DNA of 64,000 nt, from contig JBFMAT010000003.1 of the NCBI GenBank assembly GCA_040755495.1, forward strand, positions 59,492 through 123,491, written 5' to 3'. This document shows positions 27,740 through 37,850 of the stretch, piece by piece. The translations under genes and the position numbers were made by a program. Each line of letters opens with the position of its first letter. The stretch's first letter is position 1. The notes below the pieces were generated by a model. That model made no database searches. It had not been told where the DNA came from and saw only the letters and a program-made list of their open reading frames with translations. This stretch comes from Chloroflexota bacterium. Its GTDB lineage: Bacteria; Chloroflexota; Limnocylindria; Limnocylindrales; CSP1-4.

Positions 27740-27793
27740 CCGGGACCCGGGCGCCGGACCCCGCCGACGGCGCGACCAAGCCTGGCGGCGCGG

Positions 27794-28771
27794 TCAGGCC
27801 CGGCCGCGCTCCCGCCACAGGTTGCGCAGGATGAACGACACGTTCGCCGGCCGCTCGGCCAGGCGGCGCATGAAGTACGGGTACCACTGCGCGCCGAAGG
27901 GGACGTAGGTGCGGACCGTCCAGCCCGCCCCCACGAGCTGATCCTGGAGGTCGCGGCGGACCCCGTACAGCATCTGGAACTCGAACGCGTCGCGCGCGAT
28001 GCCCTCGGCCGTCGCGACCTCGATCGCCCGCCGGATCAGCCGGACGTCGTGGGTGGCGATCGCCGGGTAGCGGCCCGCGCGCAGCAGGCGGAGCATCAGC
28101 CGCTCGTACGCCTCGTCCACGTCGGCCTTGTCCCCGTACGCGACGGCGGCCGGCTCCTTGTACGCGCCCTTGCACAGACGGACGCGCCCGCCCTGGGCGA
28201 TGATCGCCTCGACGTCGCCCACGCTGCGGCGGAGCGCGGACTGGATCACGACACCCACGTCGGCGCCCCCGTCGGCCCAACCCGCGGGCCGGACCTCGCG
28301 CCACAGGTCGAGGGTCGCGTCGGTGGTCGTGTGGTCCTCCATGTCGATCCGGACGAAGGCGCCGGTCTCGACCGCCCGGGCCACGATCCGGCCGATGTTC
28401 TCGCGGGCGAGCGCGGGGTCGATGGCGAGGCCCATCTGGCTGGGCTTGAGCGACACGTTGCGGTCCAGGTCGCGGGCCGCGAGTGCGTCCAGCGCGGCGA
28501 GATAGCGGCCGGCGGCGGCCCGCGCGTCCTCGGCCACGGTCACCGACTCGCCGAGGACGTCGACGGTCGTGCGCAGGCCCTGCGCGTGGAGCCGCTCGAT
28601 CGCCGGCAGCGCCTCGTCCAGCGTCTCGCCGCAGATGAAGCGGCGGACCATCGGGCGGGTGATCGGGACCCGCGTGGCCAGCCGGCCCAACGAGCGGCGG
28701 TGGGACAGCGTCAGCAGCGTCGAGCGCATCGCGCGCTCGGCAAGCTCGCTGACGGCAGAGCGGTCGGGCAT
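27794..28771 (-). CDS. Monofunctional proline dehydrogenase
   Basis: ORF 27794..28936. I prefer the start MPDRSAV at 28771, preceded by GAGAGG. Family-typical regions: VSLKPSQMG, RIDMEDH, LCKGAY, ATHD, FQMLYGVR. Confidence 0.85.
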   Translation of the reverse strand: MPDRSAVSELAERAMRSTLLTLSHRRSLGRLATRVPITRPMVRRFICGETLDEALPAIERLHAQGLRTTVDVLGESVTVAEDARAAAGRYLAALDALAARDLDRNVSLKPSQMGLAIDPALARENIGRIVARAVETGAFVRIDMEDHTTTDATLDLWREVRPAGWADGGADVGVVIQSALRRSVGDVEAIIAQGGRVRLCKGAYKEPAAVAYGDKADVDEAYERLMLRLLRAGRYPAIATHDVRLIRRAIEVATAEGIARDAFEFQMLYGVRRDLQDQLVGAGWTVRTYVPFGAQWYPYFMRRLAERPANVSFILRNLWRERGRA

Positions 28772-28935
28772 CGGTGCCTCTCGGTCAGTCGGGGTGGGCT
28801 CCGGGGCGCCCGGCCGCCGGGGGACGCGAACGCGGTCGGTGTCCATCCGGCCGAGCATATCGTGGCGCCCGCGGCACGGAAGGGAGGGTCGGCCGCTAGA
28901 TTCCGTGCCATGCGGTCCACCGGCGGCAGTGCCCA

Positions 28936-29457
28936 ATGACCATCCCGGATCTCGGCTCCGGCCTGCTCGACGTGGTCGCCCGGACGGCGATCGTCTACCT
29001 CGCGATCCTCGTGCTGCTGCGGGTCACCGGCAAGCGCGAGGTGGGCCAGCTGTCGATGCTGGACTTCGTGCTGGTGCTCCTGATCTCGAACGGCGTCCAG
29101 AACGCGATGGTCGGCGACAACGTGACGCTGGCGGGCGGCGTGGCGGCGGCGCTGACGCTGGTCGCGCTGGATCGGGGCCTGGGGCTGCTGCGCGACCGCT
29201 TCCCGCGCGTCCGCCGGGTCGTGGAGGGCGAGCCGCGCCTGCTCGTGCGCCACGGCACCGTGCTCCGCCGGGCGATGCGCGATGAGTCGGTCACCCAGGC
29301 GGAGCTGTTGGCGGCCCTCCGCGAGCACGGCCTGGTCCGGGTCGAGGACGTGGAGCTGGCGGTGCTCGAGACGACCGGGACCATCAGCGTGATCCCCAGG
29401 GCAAACGCGGGCGGTGGCGGCGGCGAGGATGGGGGCCGGAGGCCGGCCGGCGGCTGA
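28936..29457 (+). CDS. DUF421 (YetF-like) membrane protein
   Basis: ORF 28936..29457. The YetF-family pattern is LRVTGKREVGQLSMLDFVLVLLISN...VEDVELAVLETTGTISV. Confidence 0.7.
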   Translation: MTIPDLGSGLLDVVARTAIVYLAILVLLRVTGKREVGQLSMLDFVLVLLISNGVQNAMVGDNVTLAGGVAAALTLVALDRGLGLLRDRFPRVRRVVEGEPRLLVRHGTVLRRAMRDESVTQAELLAALREHGLVRVEDVELAVLETTGTISVIPRANAGGGGGEDGGRRPAGG

Positions 29458-29467
29458 CCGCCGCGCG

Positions 29468-30358
29468 TCAGGCCTTGGGGCGGCGCGTGGCGCCCTTCGC
29501 TCCCCTGCCCTTCGGCGGCTCCGCCAGCTGGGCCTCGAGCTGGTCGCCCAGCTCCACGGTCCGCCGGAAGGCCGCCCAGACGGCCTCGGAGAGCACGGTT
29601 CGCAGGCGCCCCGACTCCAGCTCGTGGATGGCGGCCGCGCTGGTCCCGGCGGGCGAGGTGACCATGTTGCGCAGCACGGCCGGGTGGTCGCCGGACTGCT
29701 TCGCGAACCGGGTGCTCCCCTCCAGGGTCTCGATCACGAGGTCGTGTGCCACGTGCCGGGGGAACCCGAGGTGGACCGCGGCGTCGATCAGCGCCTCCAT
29801 CACGAGGAACACGTACGCCGGGCCGGTGCCCGAGACCGCGGTCGCCATCGCGACCCACTTCTCGTCCTCGACCTCCAGCTCCGCGCCCAGGGCGCCGAGC
29901 AGCGCCTTCGCCTGCGCCCGCTGCTCGTCCGTGGTGTCGGGGGTCGCGTACCACACGGTCATGCCGTTGCCGATCCGGGCCGGCGTGTTGGGCATCGCCC
30001 GGACGACCTGGTCATGACCGAGGGTCGCCGTCAGGGCCGCCGTCGTGGGCCCGGCCAGCACCGACAGCACCAGCTGGCCGCGGCGCAGGTGCGGCCCGAT
30101 CTCCCGGCCCACGCGCCCCAGCATCTGGGGCTTGACGGCGAGGATGATGACGTCCGCGGCCTCCACGGCCTCGATGTTCGAGGGCGTCGTCCGGATGCCG
30201 TGCGTCCGCTCCAGCTGCTCGCGGCGCTCGGCGCGCGGGTGGCTGGCGAGGACCTGCTCGGGCGCGACCAGCCTGCCCCGGAGCAGGCCGATGATCATCG
30301 CCTCCGCCATGACGCCGGAGCCGACGGTCGCGATGGTGCGATCGATGAGGGGGGACAT
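29468..30358 (-). CDS. proC: Pyrroline-5-carboxylate reductase
   Basis: 3' part of ORF 29468..30904, from MSPLIDRTIATVGSGVMAEAMI. Motifs: VKPQ, MPNTPA, SGTGPAYVF, VTSPAGTS. Confidence 0.9.
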   Translation of the reverse strand: MSPLIDRTIATVGSGVMAEAMIIGLLRGRLVAPEQVLASHPRAERREQLERTHGIRTTPSNIEAVEAADVIILAVKPQMLGRVGREIGPHLRRGQLVLSVLAGPTTAALTATLGHDQVVRAMPNTPARIGNGMTVWYATPDTTDEQRAQAKALLGALGAELEVEDEKWVAMATAVSGTGPAYVFLVMEALIDAAVHLGFPRHVAHDLVIETLEGSTRFAKQSGDHPAVLRNMVTSPAGTSAAAIHELESGRLRTVLSEAVWAAFRRTVELGDQLEAQLAEPPKGRGAKGATRRPKA

Positions 30359-30419
30359 CGCGGCGGAGGATAGCACCGGGGTGGCCCGCCTCCGGCCGTG
30401 CGCGCGGTGCGCGGGCCGG

Positions 30420-31283
30420 TCAGGCGGCCTCGGCGGTGGCGAGCACGAAGAACCGGCCCGTCGTCCTGACCTCGACGTTCGCGAAGCCGGCCCGGGCGAG
30501 GGCCGCCTCCAGGATCGCGGGCTCGTGCCACGTCCACGCCGACCCGGCCGGCGGACCACCGGCCGGGTCCGGGCGGAGGTCGATGACGGCCAGCTGGCCG
30601 CCGGGGCCCAGCCGGGCGCGGAGCGTGGTCGCGGCGCCGTCCAGCCCCGCGCCCCGGACCCGGCCCAGCAGGAAGGCGGCGACGAGCGCGTCGGCCGTCG
30701 GCTCGCCCGGCCCCGGCGCGGCCCACGGATCCGCCACGTGGAGGTGGGCGCGCAGGCGGTGGGCCACCAGCCGCTCACGGGCCCGGTCCAGCGCGTCCCC
30801 GTCCGCGTCCGTCGCGTGGAGCTCGCCCTTGCCCGCCAGCAGGGGCGAGAAGAAGCCGACCCCCGCCGCCGGCTCGACGATCCGGCCGGCGAGCGGCAGA
30901 GCATCGAGCCACAGGGTCACGGCGTCCAGCTCCGCCTGCCAGGCGGCATCGTGGATGGCACCGCGGGCGAACGCGCCGCGCCGCAGGAACCAGTCATCCG
31001 GGAAGGCCAGGGCCGGCGCCGTCACCTGGGGGCGGGTCGGCGACGGTCCGGTGGCCGAGGGCGGCGGAGGCGGCATCGGACGCTGTCCCGCCTCCTGCGG
31101 GCCCGGCGCGGCCGCGCCACGCTCCTCGATCGCCGCCCGCAGCCGTCCGCGCAGGAACGGGTTCGTGCCGGCCTTGCCGAGGCAGGCGGGGCACAGCTGG
31201 GCCCAGCCCTCGAGGTCCCCGGGCGCCCGCGCCTCCCACGCGACGCCGCACCACAGGCAGTCGAACCGCGGGCGGAACGGCAT
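30420..31283 (-). CDS. Zn-ribbon + class I SAM-dependent methyltransferase
   Basis: ORF 30420..31283. N-terminal CLWCG...CPAC. Motif I-like VEPAAGVGFFSPLLA. Pro-rich linker. Confidence 0.65.
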   Translation of the reverse strand: MPFRPRFDCLWCGVAWEARAPGDLEGWAQLCPACLGKAGTNPFLRGRLRAAIEERGAAAPGPQEAGQRPMPPPPPSATGPSPTRPQVTAPALAFPDDWFLRRGAFARGAIHDAAWQAELDAVTLWLDALPLAGRIVEPAAGVGFFSPLLAGKGELHATDADGDALDRARERLVAHRLRAHLHVADPWAAPGPGEPTADALVAAFLLGRVRGAGLDGAATTLRARLGPGGQLAVIDLRPDPAGGPPAGSAWTWHEPAILEAALARAGFANVEVRTTGRFFVLATAEAA

Positions 31284-31307
31284 CGTCGCGGTCGCCGGGT
31301 CGCTCGG

Positions 31308-32168
31308 TCAGCCGACCCGCGCCCAGCTGTCCGGCGGCGACATGCCGTCGAACGCGAGCGGGTCGAACAGCTCGGCGAGGACCTCGATCCCGTCCACGAT
31401 CCGCGGCCCGGGGCGCCAGAAGTGCGCGGCGCCGTCCACCGCGAACACCCGGCCGTCGCGCACGGCCCGCAGGTCCCCCCAGCCGGCTGGACGCGGGACG
31501 TCCGTCCAGGCCCGGACCGCCTCGTGCAGGTGCAGCCCGGCGGGCATCAGCACCAGGACCTCCGGGTCCGTCTCGCGGACGGCGTCCCAGCTCGTGACCG
31601 CGGGCGATCCCGCCTCATGCCCCAGCAGCTCCCAGCCGCCCGCCAGCCGGACCTGCTCGGGGACCCACCGGCCCACCGCGTACGGCGGGTCGAGCCAGCC
31701 CAGGGCGGCGACGCGCGGCGGCGCGAACCCGTGGTCGCGGCGGCCGACGACGATCTCCTCGACCGCCTGGAGCCGCTCGCGCAGCTCCTCGACGACGTCC
31801 ACGGCCGCGTCCTCAGCCTCGGTCATCGCGCCGACGGTCGAGATCGAGTTGAGGATCCCCTCCACGGACGTGGGCTCGAGGCGGACCACGCTCACGTCGG
31901 GGCCCAGGCGGCGGGCCAGCCCCTCCGTCTCGCGGGCCCCCGCGACGAGCACGAGGTCGGGGCGCACGTCCGAGATCGCGACCTCGTCCGGGGCCAGCCA
32001 GGGCAGGCCCGGTGCGGTCGGGCCGGGACCGCGGGGCCGCGTCACGAACGGGATCTCACGGGCCTGGGGCGGGAAGTCGCAGTCGTGGCTGACCCCCACC
32101 AGCTCGTCGCCGAGGCCCAGGGCGAACACGATCTCGGTGGCGGACGGGAGCAGGGAGACGATGCGCAC
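31308..32168 (-). CDS. BtuF/TroA-like (Peripla_BP_2) binding protein without a signal peptide
   Basis: ORF 31308..32168. It begins MRIVSLLPSATEIVFALGLGDELVGVSHDCDFP, typical of cobalamin/Fe-siderophore-type binding proteins. No N-terminal hydrophobic segment. Confidence 0.65.
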   Translation of the reverse strand: MRIVSLLPSATEIVFALGLGDELVGVSHDCDFPPQAREIPFVTRPRGPGPTAPGLPWLAPDEVAISDVRPDLVLVAGARETEGLARRLGPDVSVVRLEPTSVEGILNSISTVGAMTEAEDAAVDVVEELRERLQAVEEIVVGRRDHGFAPPRVAALGWLDPPYAVGRWVPEQVRLAGGWELLGHEAGSPAVTSWDAVRETDPEVLVLMPAGLHLHEAVRAWTDVPRPAGWGDLRAVRDGRVFAVDGAAHFWRPGPRIVDGIEVLAELFDPLAFDGMSPPDSWARVG

Positions 32169-32278
32169 GCCGCCAGTCTACGGTCGGCGGCTCGGCACGC
32201 CCGGCGCCGGGGCGACGGGAGATCCGATGTCGAGGTGCGTGCGGGCGCGGGACGCCGTCGGTGCGCGCCCGGCGGGGC

Positions 32279-32566
32279 TCAGGCCGGCTTGAGCGCGTCG
32301 AGGGCGGCGCGCGCCGCGGCCTTGTCGCCGAACCAGGTCGCGTTGATCGGCGTGTACTGCGCCCACTCCGCGGGGAGGCTCTCCTCGGGGAAGATCGCGT
32401 TGACCGGACACTCCGGCTCGCATGCGCCGCAGTCGATGCACTCGTTGGGGTCGATGTAGAGCATGCGATCCGTGCCCTCGTCGAAGTGGATGCAATCCAC
32501 GGGGCAGACGGACACGCACGACTGGTCCATCACGTCGACGCAGGGCTCGGCGATGACGTACGCCAT
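32279..32566 (-). CDS. fdxA: 7Fe ([3Fe-4S][4Fe-4S]) ferredoxin
   Basis: 3' part of ORF 32279..32680, from [27 protein letters not shown]...[16 protein letters not shown]. Confidence 0.9.
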   Translation of the reverse strand: MAYVIAEPCVDVMDQSCVSVCPVDCIHFDEGTDRMLYIDPNECIDCGACEPECPVNAIFPEESLPAEWAQYTPINATWFGDKAAARAALDALKPA

Positions 32567-32785
32567 GGTCTGATGGTCTCCTGAAAGCGGCGCGGTCGGG
32601 GGCGCGCAGGCTGCCCGCGCACCGAAGGAGAATGTACACCGTGGAGGCCGGGCCCGAGGCGCAGGCGGGCACGCGCGCACGCTCGCGAGGCCGGGCGGGA
32701 TCGCCCGGCGGCGGCCGGCCCCGGGACGCCGCAGCCCGGGACGACCGGCGTGCGGCGGGGGCCGGCCCGGAACCGGGCCCGGCCC

Positions 32786-33367
32786 CTATGAGGCCCCGGG
32801 CACCAGGCTGGGCAGCGGCGGCGTGCTGGCCAGCGGGCGGCCACCGGCATCGATGAACCGGACCGGCACCACCATCCCCTTCTGCCAGTGGCCCGGGATG
32901 TGGCAGCCCACGAACCAGCCGCCGGCGGCCCCGGCCGCGTCGGCGGGCACGGTCCAGGCCACGTCCAGGCGCTCCCCCGACGCGACGACGACCCGCACGC
33001 CTTCGAACCCGGGCGGTCCGTCGACCACGGGGGTCGGGCCGGGCGGATGGCCGGCCGTCGCGCCCTCGGCCGCCTCCCAGGCCAGCTGGGCATCGATGTC
33101 GCCGAGGATCGCCTCGTGGACCTCGAGGCCCCCGTTGACCACGTGCAGCAGCACGGTCTCGCCCGGCACCAGGTCCACCACGGACGGCACGAACGAGTAG
33201 TCGCGGGCCACGATGTTCAACTCGCGGGGGAAGCCGCTCGTGCCCGGCGTGATCGGCGGGGTCCCGGCCGGGGCGCCCGCGTCGCAGCCCGCGACGACGA
33301 GCATGACCAGACCCGCCAGGGCGACGGCTGCGCGGCGGAACGGCTGGCGACGGGACGCGGTACGCAT
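32786..33367 (-). CDS. Cupredoxin-domain lipoprotein (type-1 Cu ligand pattern)
   Basis: ORF 32786..33367. Lipobox LVVAGC. C-terminal GCHIPGHWQKGM (Cys-x4-His-x4-Met) with an upstream His in LEVHEA. Confidence 0.7.
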   Translation of the reverse strand: MRTASRRQPFRRAAVALAGLVMLVVAGCDAGAPAGTPPITPGTSGFPRELNIVARDYSFVPSVVDLVPGETVLLHVVNGGLEVHEAILGDIDAQLAWEAAEGATAGHPPGPTPVVDGPPGFEGVRVVVASGERLDVAWTVPADAAGAAGGWFVGCHIPGHWQKGMVVPVRFIDAGGRPLASTPPLPSLVPGAS

Positions 33368-33416
33368 CGCGCCATGATGCGGGAGATCCGCCCGATGCCA
33401 CGTGGCGCACCATGCC

Positions 33417-33446
33417 TTGACACCGCGTGTCGGCGCCGACTAGCGT
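33417..33446 (+). promoter_or_regulatory. Promoter-like TTGACA-18nt-TAGCGT upstream of the pot-like operon
   Basis: Seen directly, 34 nt upstream of GTG 33480. Confidence 0.45.
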
Positions 33447-33479
33447 GCGCGCACTCCGAGCGGCCGCCGAGGGGATCGA

Positions 33480-34652
33480 GTGGCGCCGCGCCCGATACCC
33501 CACCCCGACGCCCGCCCGGCGTCCCAGGAGACCGGACCCCGAGTGACGACTCTCGCCACCGACCAGGTGACCGCCGCGCGCCGCGAGGGCGGCTCGGCCG
33601 GCGCCGTCCGGCTGGAGCGGCTCGAGAAGCGCTACGGGGACGTCGTCGCCGTCGACGGCATCGATCTCGAGATCGCAGACGGCGAGTTCTTCTCGATGCT
33701 CGGGCCCTCGGGCTCGGGCAAGACGACGACGCTGCGCATGATCGCCGGCTTCGAGATCCCCACCGCCGGCCGCGTCCTGCTCCACGGCACCGACGTCACG
33801 CGGCTCGCCCCGTTCGAGCGCGACGTCAACACCGTGTTCCAGGACTACGCCCTGTTCCCGCACATGTCGGTCGGCGAGAACGTGGCCTACGGGCTGTTGG
33901 TCCGCAAGGTGGCGCGGCCGGAGCGCGAGCGGCGGGTCGCCGAGGCGCTGCGGATGGTCCGCCTCGAGGGCTACGACCGACGCAAGCCCGGCCAGCTCTC
34001 CGGCGGCCAGCGGCAGCGGGTGGCCCTCGCGCGCGCGCTCGTGAACCGCCCGCGGGTCCTGCTGCTCGACGAGCCGCTGGGGGCCCTGGACCTCAAGCTC
34101 CGCGAGGAGATGCAGATCGAGCTCAAGGCGATCCAGCAGGAGGTCGGGATCACGTTCATCTACGTGACCCACGACCAGGAGGAGGCGCTCACGATGAGCG
34201 ACCGGATCGCCGTGTTCAGCCAGGGCCGGATCGAGCAGGTCGGGGCGCCGGCCGAGGTCTACGAGCGCCCGGCGACGCGCTTCGTGGCCGGGTTCGTGGG
34301 CACGTCCAACCTGCTCACCGGGGCGGCGGCGGCGGCGATCGTCGGCCGGCGCGGGACGTTCACCGTGCGGCCCGAGAAGATCCGACTCGCCTCGCCCGAC
34401 GCGGCGCCCGGCGAGGGCGAGATCGGCGCCCCGGGGACCGTCCGCGAGGTGGTCTACGTGGGCCCGGACACTCGCTACATCGTGACCCTGGACGCGGGCG
34501 CGGAGCTCGTGGTCACCCAGCAGAACCTCTCGACGTCCTCGATGGAGGCGCTCGAGCAACGGGGCCGGCCGGTCCGGCTCATCTGGAAGCGGCAGCATTG
34601 CCTCCCCGTCGCGGACGGGGGGCGACCTGTGGAGGAGGAGACAACCGCATGA
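33480..34652 (+). CDS. potA: ABC transporter ATP-binding protein, PotA/MalK type (polyamine-type importer)
   Basis: ORF 33480..34652; GTG start preceded by GAGGGGA. Motifs: [35 protein letters not shown]. Confidence 0.8.
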   Translation: MAPRPIPHPDARPASQETGPRVTTLATDQVTAARREGGSAGAVRLERLEKRYGDVVAVDGIDLEIADGEFFSMLGPSGSGKTTTLRMIAGFEIPTAGRVLLHGTDVTRLAPFERDVNTVFQDYALFPHMSVGENVAYGLLVRKVARPERERRVAEALRMVRLEGYDRRKPGQLSGGQRQRVALARALVNRPRVLLLDEPLGALDLKLREEMQIELKAIQQEVGITFIYVTHDQEEALTMSDRIAVFSQGRIEQVGAPAEVYERPATRFVAGFVGTSNLLTGAAAAAIVGRRGTFTVRPEKIRLASPDAAPGEGEIGAPGTVREVVYVGPDTRYIVTLDAGAELVVTQQNLSTSSMEALEQRGRPVRLIWKRQHCLPVADGGRPVEEETTA

Positions 34653-35815
34653 TCAATCGGAGGATCATGGCGCTGGGCGCCGCCGCGGCGATCGTCGTGG
34701 CCGCCTGTGGAGGTGCCTCGGGCACCCCCGCGCCCAGCCTGCCGACGTCCATCGGCCCCGGTGAGGGTGAGCTGAACCTCATCATCTGGGCCGGCTACGC
34801 CGAGCGCGGCGCCGTGGACCCCGCCTACGACTGGGTGACCCCGTTCGAGACGAAGACCGGCTGCAAGGTCAACACGACCGACATGACCGACTCCAACAAC
34901 GGCGTCGCGCTCATGCAGTCCGGCGACTACGACGGCATCTCGGCGTCCGGCGACGCGACCACGCGCCTGATCGCGGGCGGCATCGCGGCCCCCGTGAACA
35001 CGGCCATCCTGCCCAACTACGCGAACGTGTTCGAGGGCCTCAAGAACCTGCCCCACAACACCGTCGACGGCGTCAACTACGGCGTGCCGCACGGCCGCGG
35101 CCCGAACCTGCTCATGTACAACACCGACGTCATCACGGCGGAGCCCACCAGCTGGGAGCCCGTGTGGAGCGGCGAGTACGGCGGCAAGGTCAGCATCTAC
35201 GACTCCTCGATCTACATCGCGGACGCCGCGCTGTACCTCATGACCACCAAGCCGGACCTGGGCATCAAGAACCCCTACCAGCTCACCGACGCGCAGTTCG
35301 CCGAGGCGGTCGCGCTGCTCGAGAAGCAGCGTGACGCGGGCGCCCTGTACTGGGGCACCTACAGCGACCAGGTCGCGTCCTACGCGGCCGGCGACGTGGT
35401 CGTCGGGACGTCGTGGCAGTTCCAGGTCAACCTCATGCAGGCGGAGGGCAGCCCGATCGCGGGCGTGCTCCCGGCCGAGGGCTCGACCGGCTGGTCCGAC
35501 ACCTGGATGATCGCCGCCAAGGCCAAGCACCCCAACTGCATGTACCTGTGGATGGACCACATGATGTCGGCCGAGGCCAACGGCCAGGCGACGGTGTGGT
35601 TCGGCGAGGCGCCGACCAGCCCGCAGGCGTGCGAGTACGCCGAGACCCTGTCCCCCGGCCACTGCGACCTGACGCACGCCCAGGACGAGGCCTACTACGA
35701 CAAGATCTGGTACTGGAGCACGCCCCAGGCGGACTGCGCGGACGACGACTCCGCCACCACCTGCAAGGACCAGGACGACTGGGTCGAGGCCTGGACCAAG
35801 ATCCGCGGCGCCTGA
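34649..35815 (+). CDS. potD: Extracellular solute-binding lipoprotein, PotD/PotF-like
   Basis: 3' part of ORF 32888..35815, from [22 protein letters not shown] (lipobox); ATGA overlap with potA. Substrate not determinable from sequence. Confidence 0.75.
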   Translation: MINRRIMALGAAAAIVVAACGGASGTPAPSLPTSIGPGEGELNLIIWAGYAERGAVDPAYDWVTPFETKTGCKVNTTDMTDSNNGVALMQSGDYDGISASGDATTRLIAGGIAAPVNTAILPNYANVFEGLKNLPHNTVDGVNYGVPHGRGPNLLMYNTDVITAEPTSWEPVWSGEYGGKVSIYDSSIYIADAALYLMTTKPDLGIKNPYQLTDAQFAEAVALLEKQRDAGALYWGTYSDQVASYAAGDVVVGTSWQFQVNLMQAEGSPIAGVLPAEGSTGWSDTWMIAAKAKHPNCMYLWMDHMMSAEANGQATVWFGEAPTSPQACEYAETLSPGHCDLTHAQDEAYYDKIWYWSTPQADCADDDSATTCKDQDDWVEAWTKIRGA

Positions 35816-35847
35816 GCAACCCCGGCGCCACGCTCGCGACCCTGCAC

Positions 35848-35881
35848 GAAGGGCTCCCCGGCACCGCCCGGGGAGCCCTTC
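35848..35881 (+). terminator. Perfect 14-bp hairpin GAAGGGCTCCCCGG-caccgc-CCGGGGAGCCCTTC after the binding-protein gene (intra-operon attenuator or mRNA stabiliser)
   Basis: Seen directly. No T-tract follows. Confidence 0.4.
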
Positions 35882-35963
35882 GACCTCGCCGGACCACCCG
35901 GCCGCTGATCTCCGCCAGCCCGAATGACCGCGATGACCGCCCGATGACCACAGCCACCGCCCG

Positions 35964-36875
35964 ATGAGCTCACCCGCCGCCCCCGACCCGGCGCCGCCGG
36001 GACGCCCCGGCGCCGTGCGCCGGCTGTCCGCGTGGCTCCACCCGCGCCGGCGGCTCCAGCTCGGCTTCCTGCTGTCGGGTCCGCTCGGCTGGCTGACGAT
36101 CGCCTACTTCGGCTCGCTGGCGATCCTCCTGCTCAACGCCTTCTGGGCGAAGGACGCGTTCACCGGCCGGGTCGAGCCGTTCGCCTGGTCGCTCGACGCG
36201 TTCAAGGACCTGCTGGCCAGCGACGTGTACACCGTCATCGGCCTGCGCACCCTGGGCATGGCCGCGCTGGTCACGGTCACCGACGCGATCCTCGCCTTCC
36301 CCATCGCCTACTACATGGCCCGCATCGCGTCGCCGCGGGTGCGCAACCTGCTGGTGATCGCGGTGCTCATGCCGCTGTGGGCGGCCTACCTCGTCAAGGT
36401 CTATGCCTGGCGGACGATCCTCCAGGGCGGCGGCGTGCTTGAGTGGGCGCTCACCCCGCTGGGGATCGAGGCGCCCGGGCTGGACGAGCTGGCGAACACC
36501 TGGGTCGTCCTGTCCTACCTGTGGCTGCCGTACATGATCCTGCCGATCTACGCGGGCCTGGAGCGGATCCCGGGCTCGCTGCTCGAGGCGTCCGCGGACC
36601 TCGGCGGCCGCGCCGGGACGACCTTCCGGCGGGTCATCCTGCCGCTCGTGTTCCCGGCCCTCGTCGCCGGCTCGATCTTCACGTTCTCGCTGACGCTGGG
36701 CGACTACATCACGCCGGATCTCGTGTCCGACGCGAAGTTCATCGGCAACGTGATCTACGACAACTCGAGCCTCGGCAACCTGCCGCTGGCCGCGGCCTAC
36801 TCGCTGGCGCCGATCGTGATCATGACCGTCTACCTGCTCGTGGCGCGCCGGCTGGGCGCGTTCGAGTCGCTGTGA
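35964..36875 (+). CDS. potB: ABC transporter permease (PotB-like)
   Basis: ORF 35964..36875. Six TM-like segments and the EAA-type loop LEASADLGGRAGTTFRRVILPL. Confidence 0.85.
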   Translation: MSSPAAPDPAPPGRPGAVRRLSAWLHPRRRLQLGFLLSGPLGWLTIAYFGSLAILLLNAFWAKDAFTGRVEPFAWSLDAFKDLLASDVYTVIGLRTLGMAALVTVTDAILAFPIAYYMARIASPRVRNLLVIAVLMPLWAAYLVKVYAWRTILQGGGVLEWALTPLGIEAPGLDELANTWVVLSYLWLPYMILPIYAGLERIPGSLLEASADLGGRAGTTFRRVILPLVFPALVAGSIFTFSLTLGDYITPDLVSDAKFIGNVIYDNSSLGNLPLAAAYSLAPIVIMTVYLLVARRLGAFESL

Positions 36876-36884
36876 GCCGGGCCG

Positions 36885-37691
36885 ATGACTGAGTCGCGCG
36901 CCACCCGGATCGCCCTCCGCATCGCGACCGCCCTCGTGCTGTCGTTCCTGTACCTGCCCCTGATCATCCTCGCGATCTACGCGTTCAACCCCAGCCGGCT
37001 CCAGGCCTGGCCGCCGACCGGGTTCACGCTCCACTGGTTCGGCGAGGCGCTGTCCAACCCGGCGCTGATCCGCGCCGTCGTTAACTCGCTGCTGGTCGGC
37101 ACCTTCGCCACGATCGTGGCCCTGGTGCTCGGGACGCTGGCGGCGCTCGCGGTCCAGCGCCACGCGTTCTTCGGCCGCCAGGCCATCTCGTTCCTGCTCG
37201 TGCTGCCGATCGCGCTGCCCGGCGTGGTCACCGGCATCGCGCTGCGGACCTCGTTCGTCACGCTGGGCATCGACTTCGGCCTGCTGACGATCGTCATCGG
37301 CCACGCGACGTTCTGCGTCGTCATCGTCTACAACAACGTCATCGCCCGGCTGCGCCGACTGCCGCGGTCGCCCGAGGAGGCGTCGGCGGACCTGGGCGCG
37401 GACGCGTTCACGACCTTCCGACGCGTGACGCTGCCCGGCATGCGCACGGCCCTGCTGTCCGGCGGGCTGCTGGCGTTCGCGCTGTCGTTCGACGAGATCA
37501 TCGTCACCAACTTCACCGCGGGCGCCGGGACGCAGACGATCCCGATGTGGATCCTGACCGCGATCCAGCGTCCGACGGAGCTCCCGGTCGTCAACGTCGT
37601 GGCGCTGGTCCTCGTCCTGGCCAGCGTGATCCCCGTCTACCTCGCCTCGAAGGTGTCGTCCGAGGGCGCGATCGCCGGCGGGCGAGGCTGA
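36885..37691 (+). CDS. potC: ABC transporter permease (PotC-like)
   Basis: ORF 36885..37691. EAA-type loop PEEASADLGADAFTTFRRVTLP. Confidence 0.85.
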   Translation: MTESRATRIALRIATALVLSFLYLPLIILAIYAFNPSRLQAWPPTGFTLHWFGEALSNPALIRAVVNSLLVGTFATIVALVLGTLAALAVQRHAFFGRQAISFLLVLPIALPGVVTGIALRTSFVTLGIDFGLLTIVIGHATFCVVIVYNNVIARLRRLPRSPEEASADLGADAFTTFRRVTLPGMRTALLSGGLLAFALSFDEIIVTNFTAGAGTQTIPMWILTAIQRPTELPVVNVVALVLVLASVIPVYLASKVSSEGAIAGGRG

Positions 37692-37745
37692 CGGTCCCTT
37701 ACCAGCGGCGGCCGTGCCCGCAGCAGCCGGCGCGCCGGTCCTCGC

Positions 37746-37850
37746 TCACAGCCATCGCTTCGCTCCATCGACCACGCAGGCGAGCGCCAGCGCGAGCGCG
37801 GGCGGCATGAGGGGGAGCGCCGCGGCGAGGCGGCGCAGCCGAACGGACAT
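37746..37850 (-). CDS. Unannotated 34-aa micro-protein MSVRLRRLAAALPLMPPALALALACVVDGAKRWL; paralogue of 27577..27675
   Basis: My own translation. GGAGG lies 8 nt upstream of the ATG (37850-37848). The C-terminal VVDGAKRW is identical to the other copy, while the codons differ at 5 synonymous positions. Confidence 0.5.
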   Translation of the reverse strand: MSVRLRRLAAALPLMPPALALALACVVDGAKRWL

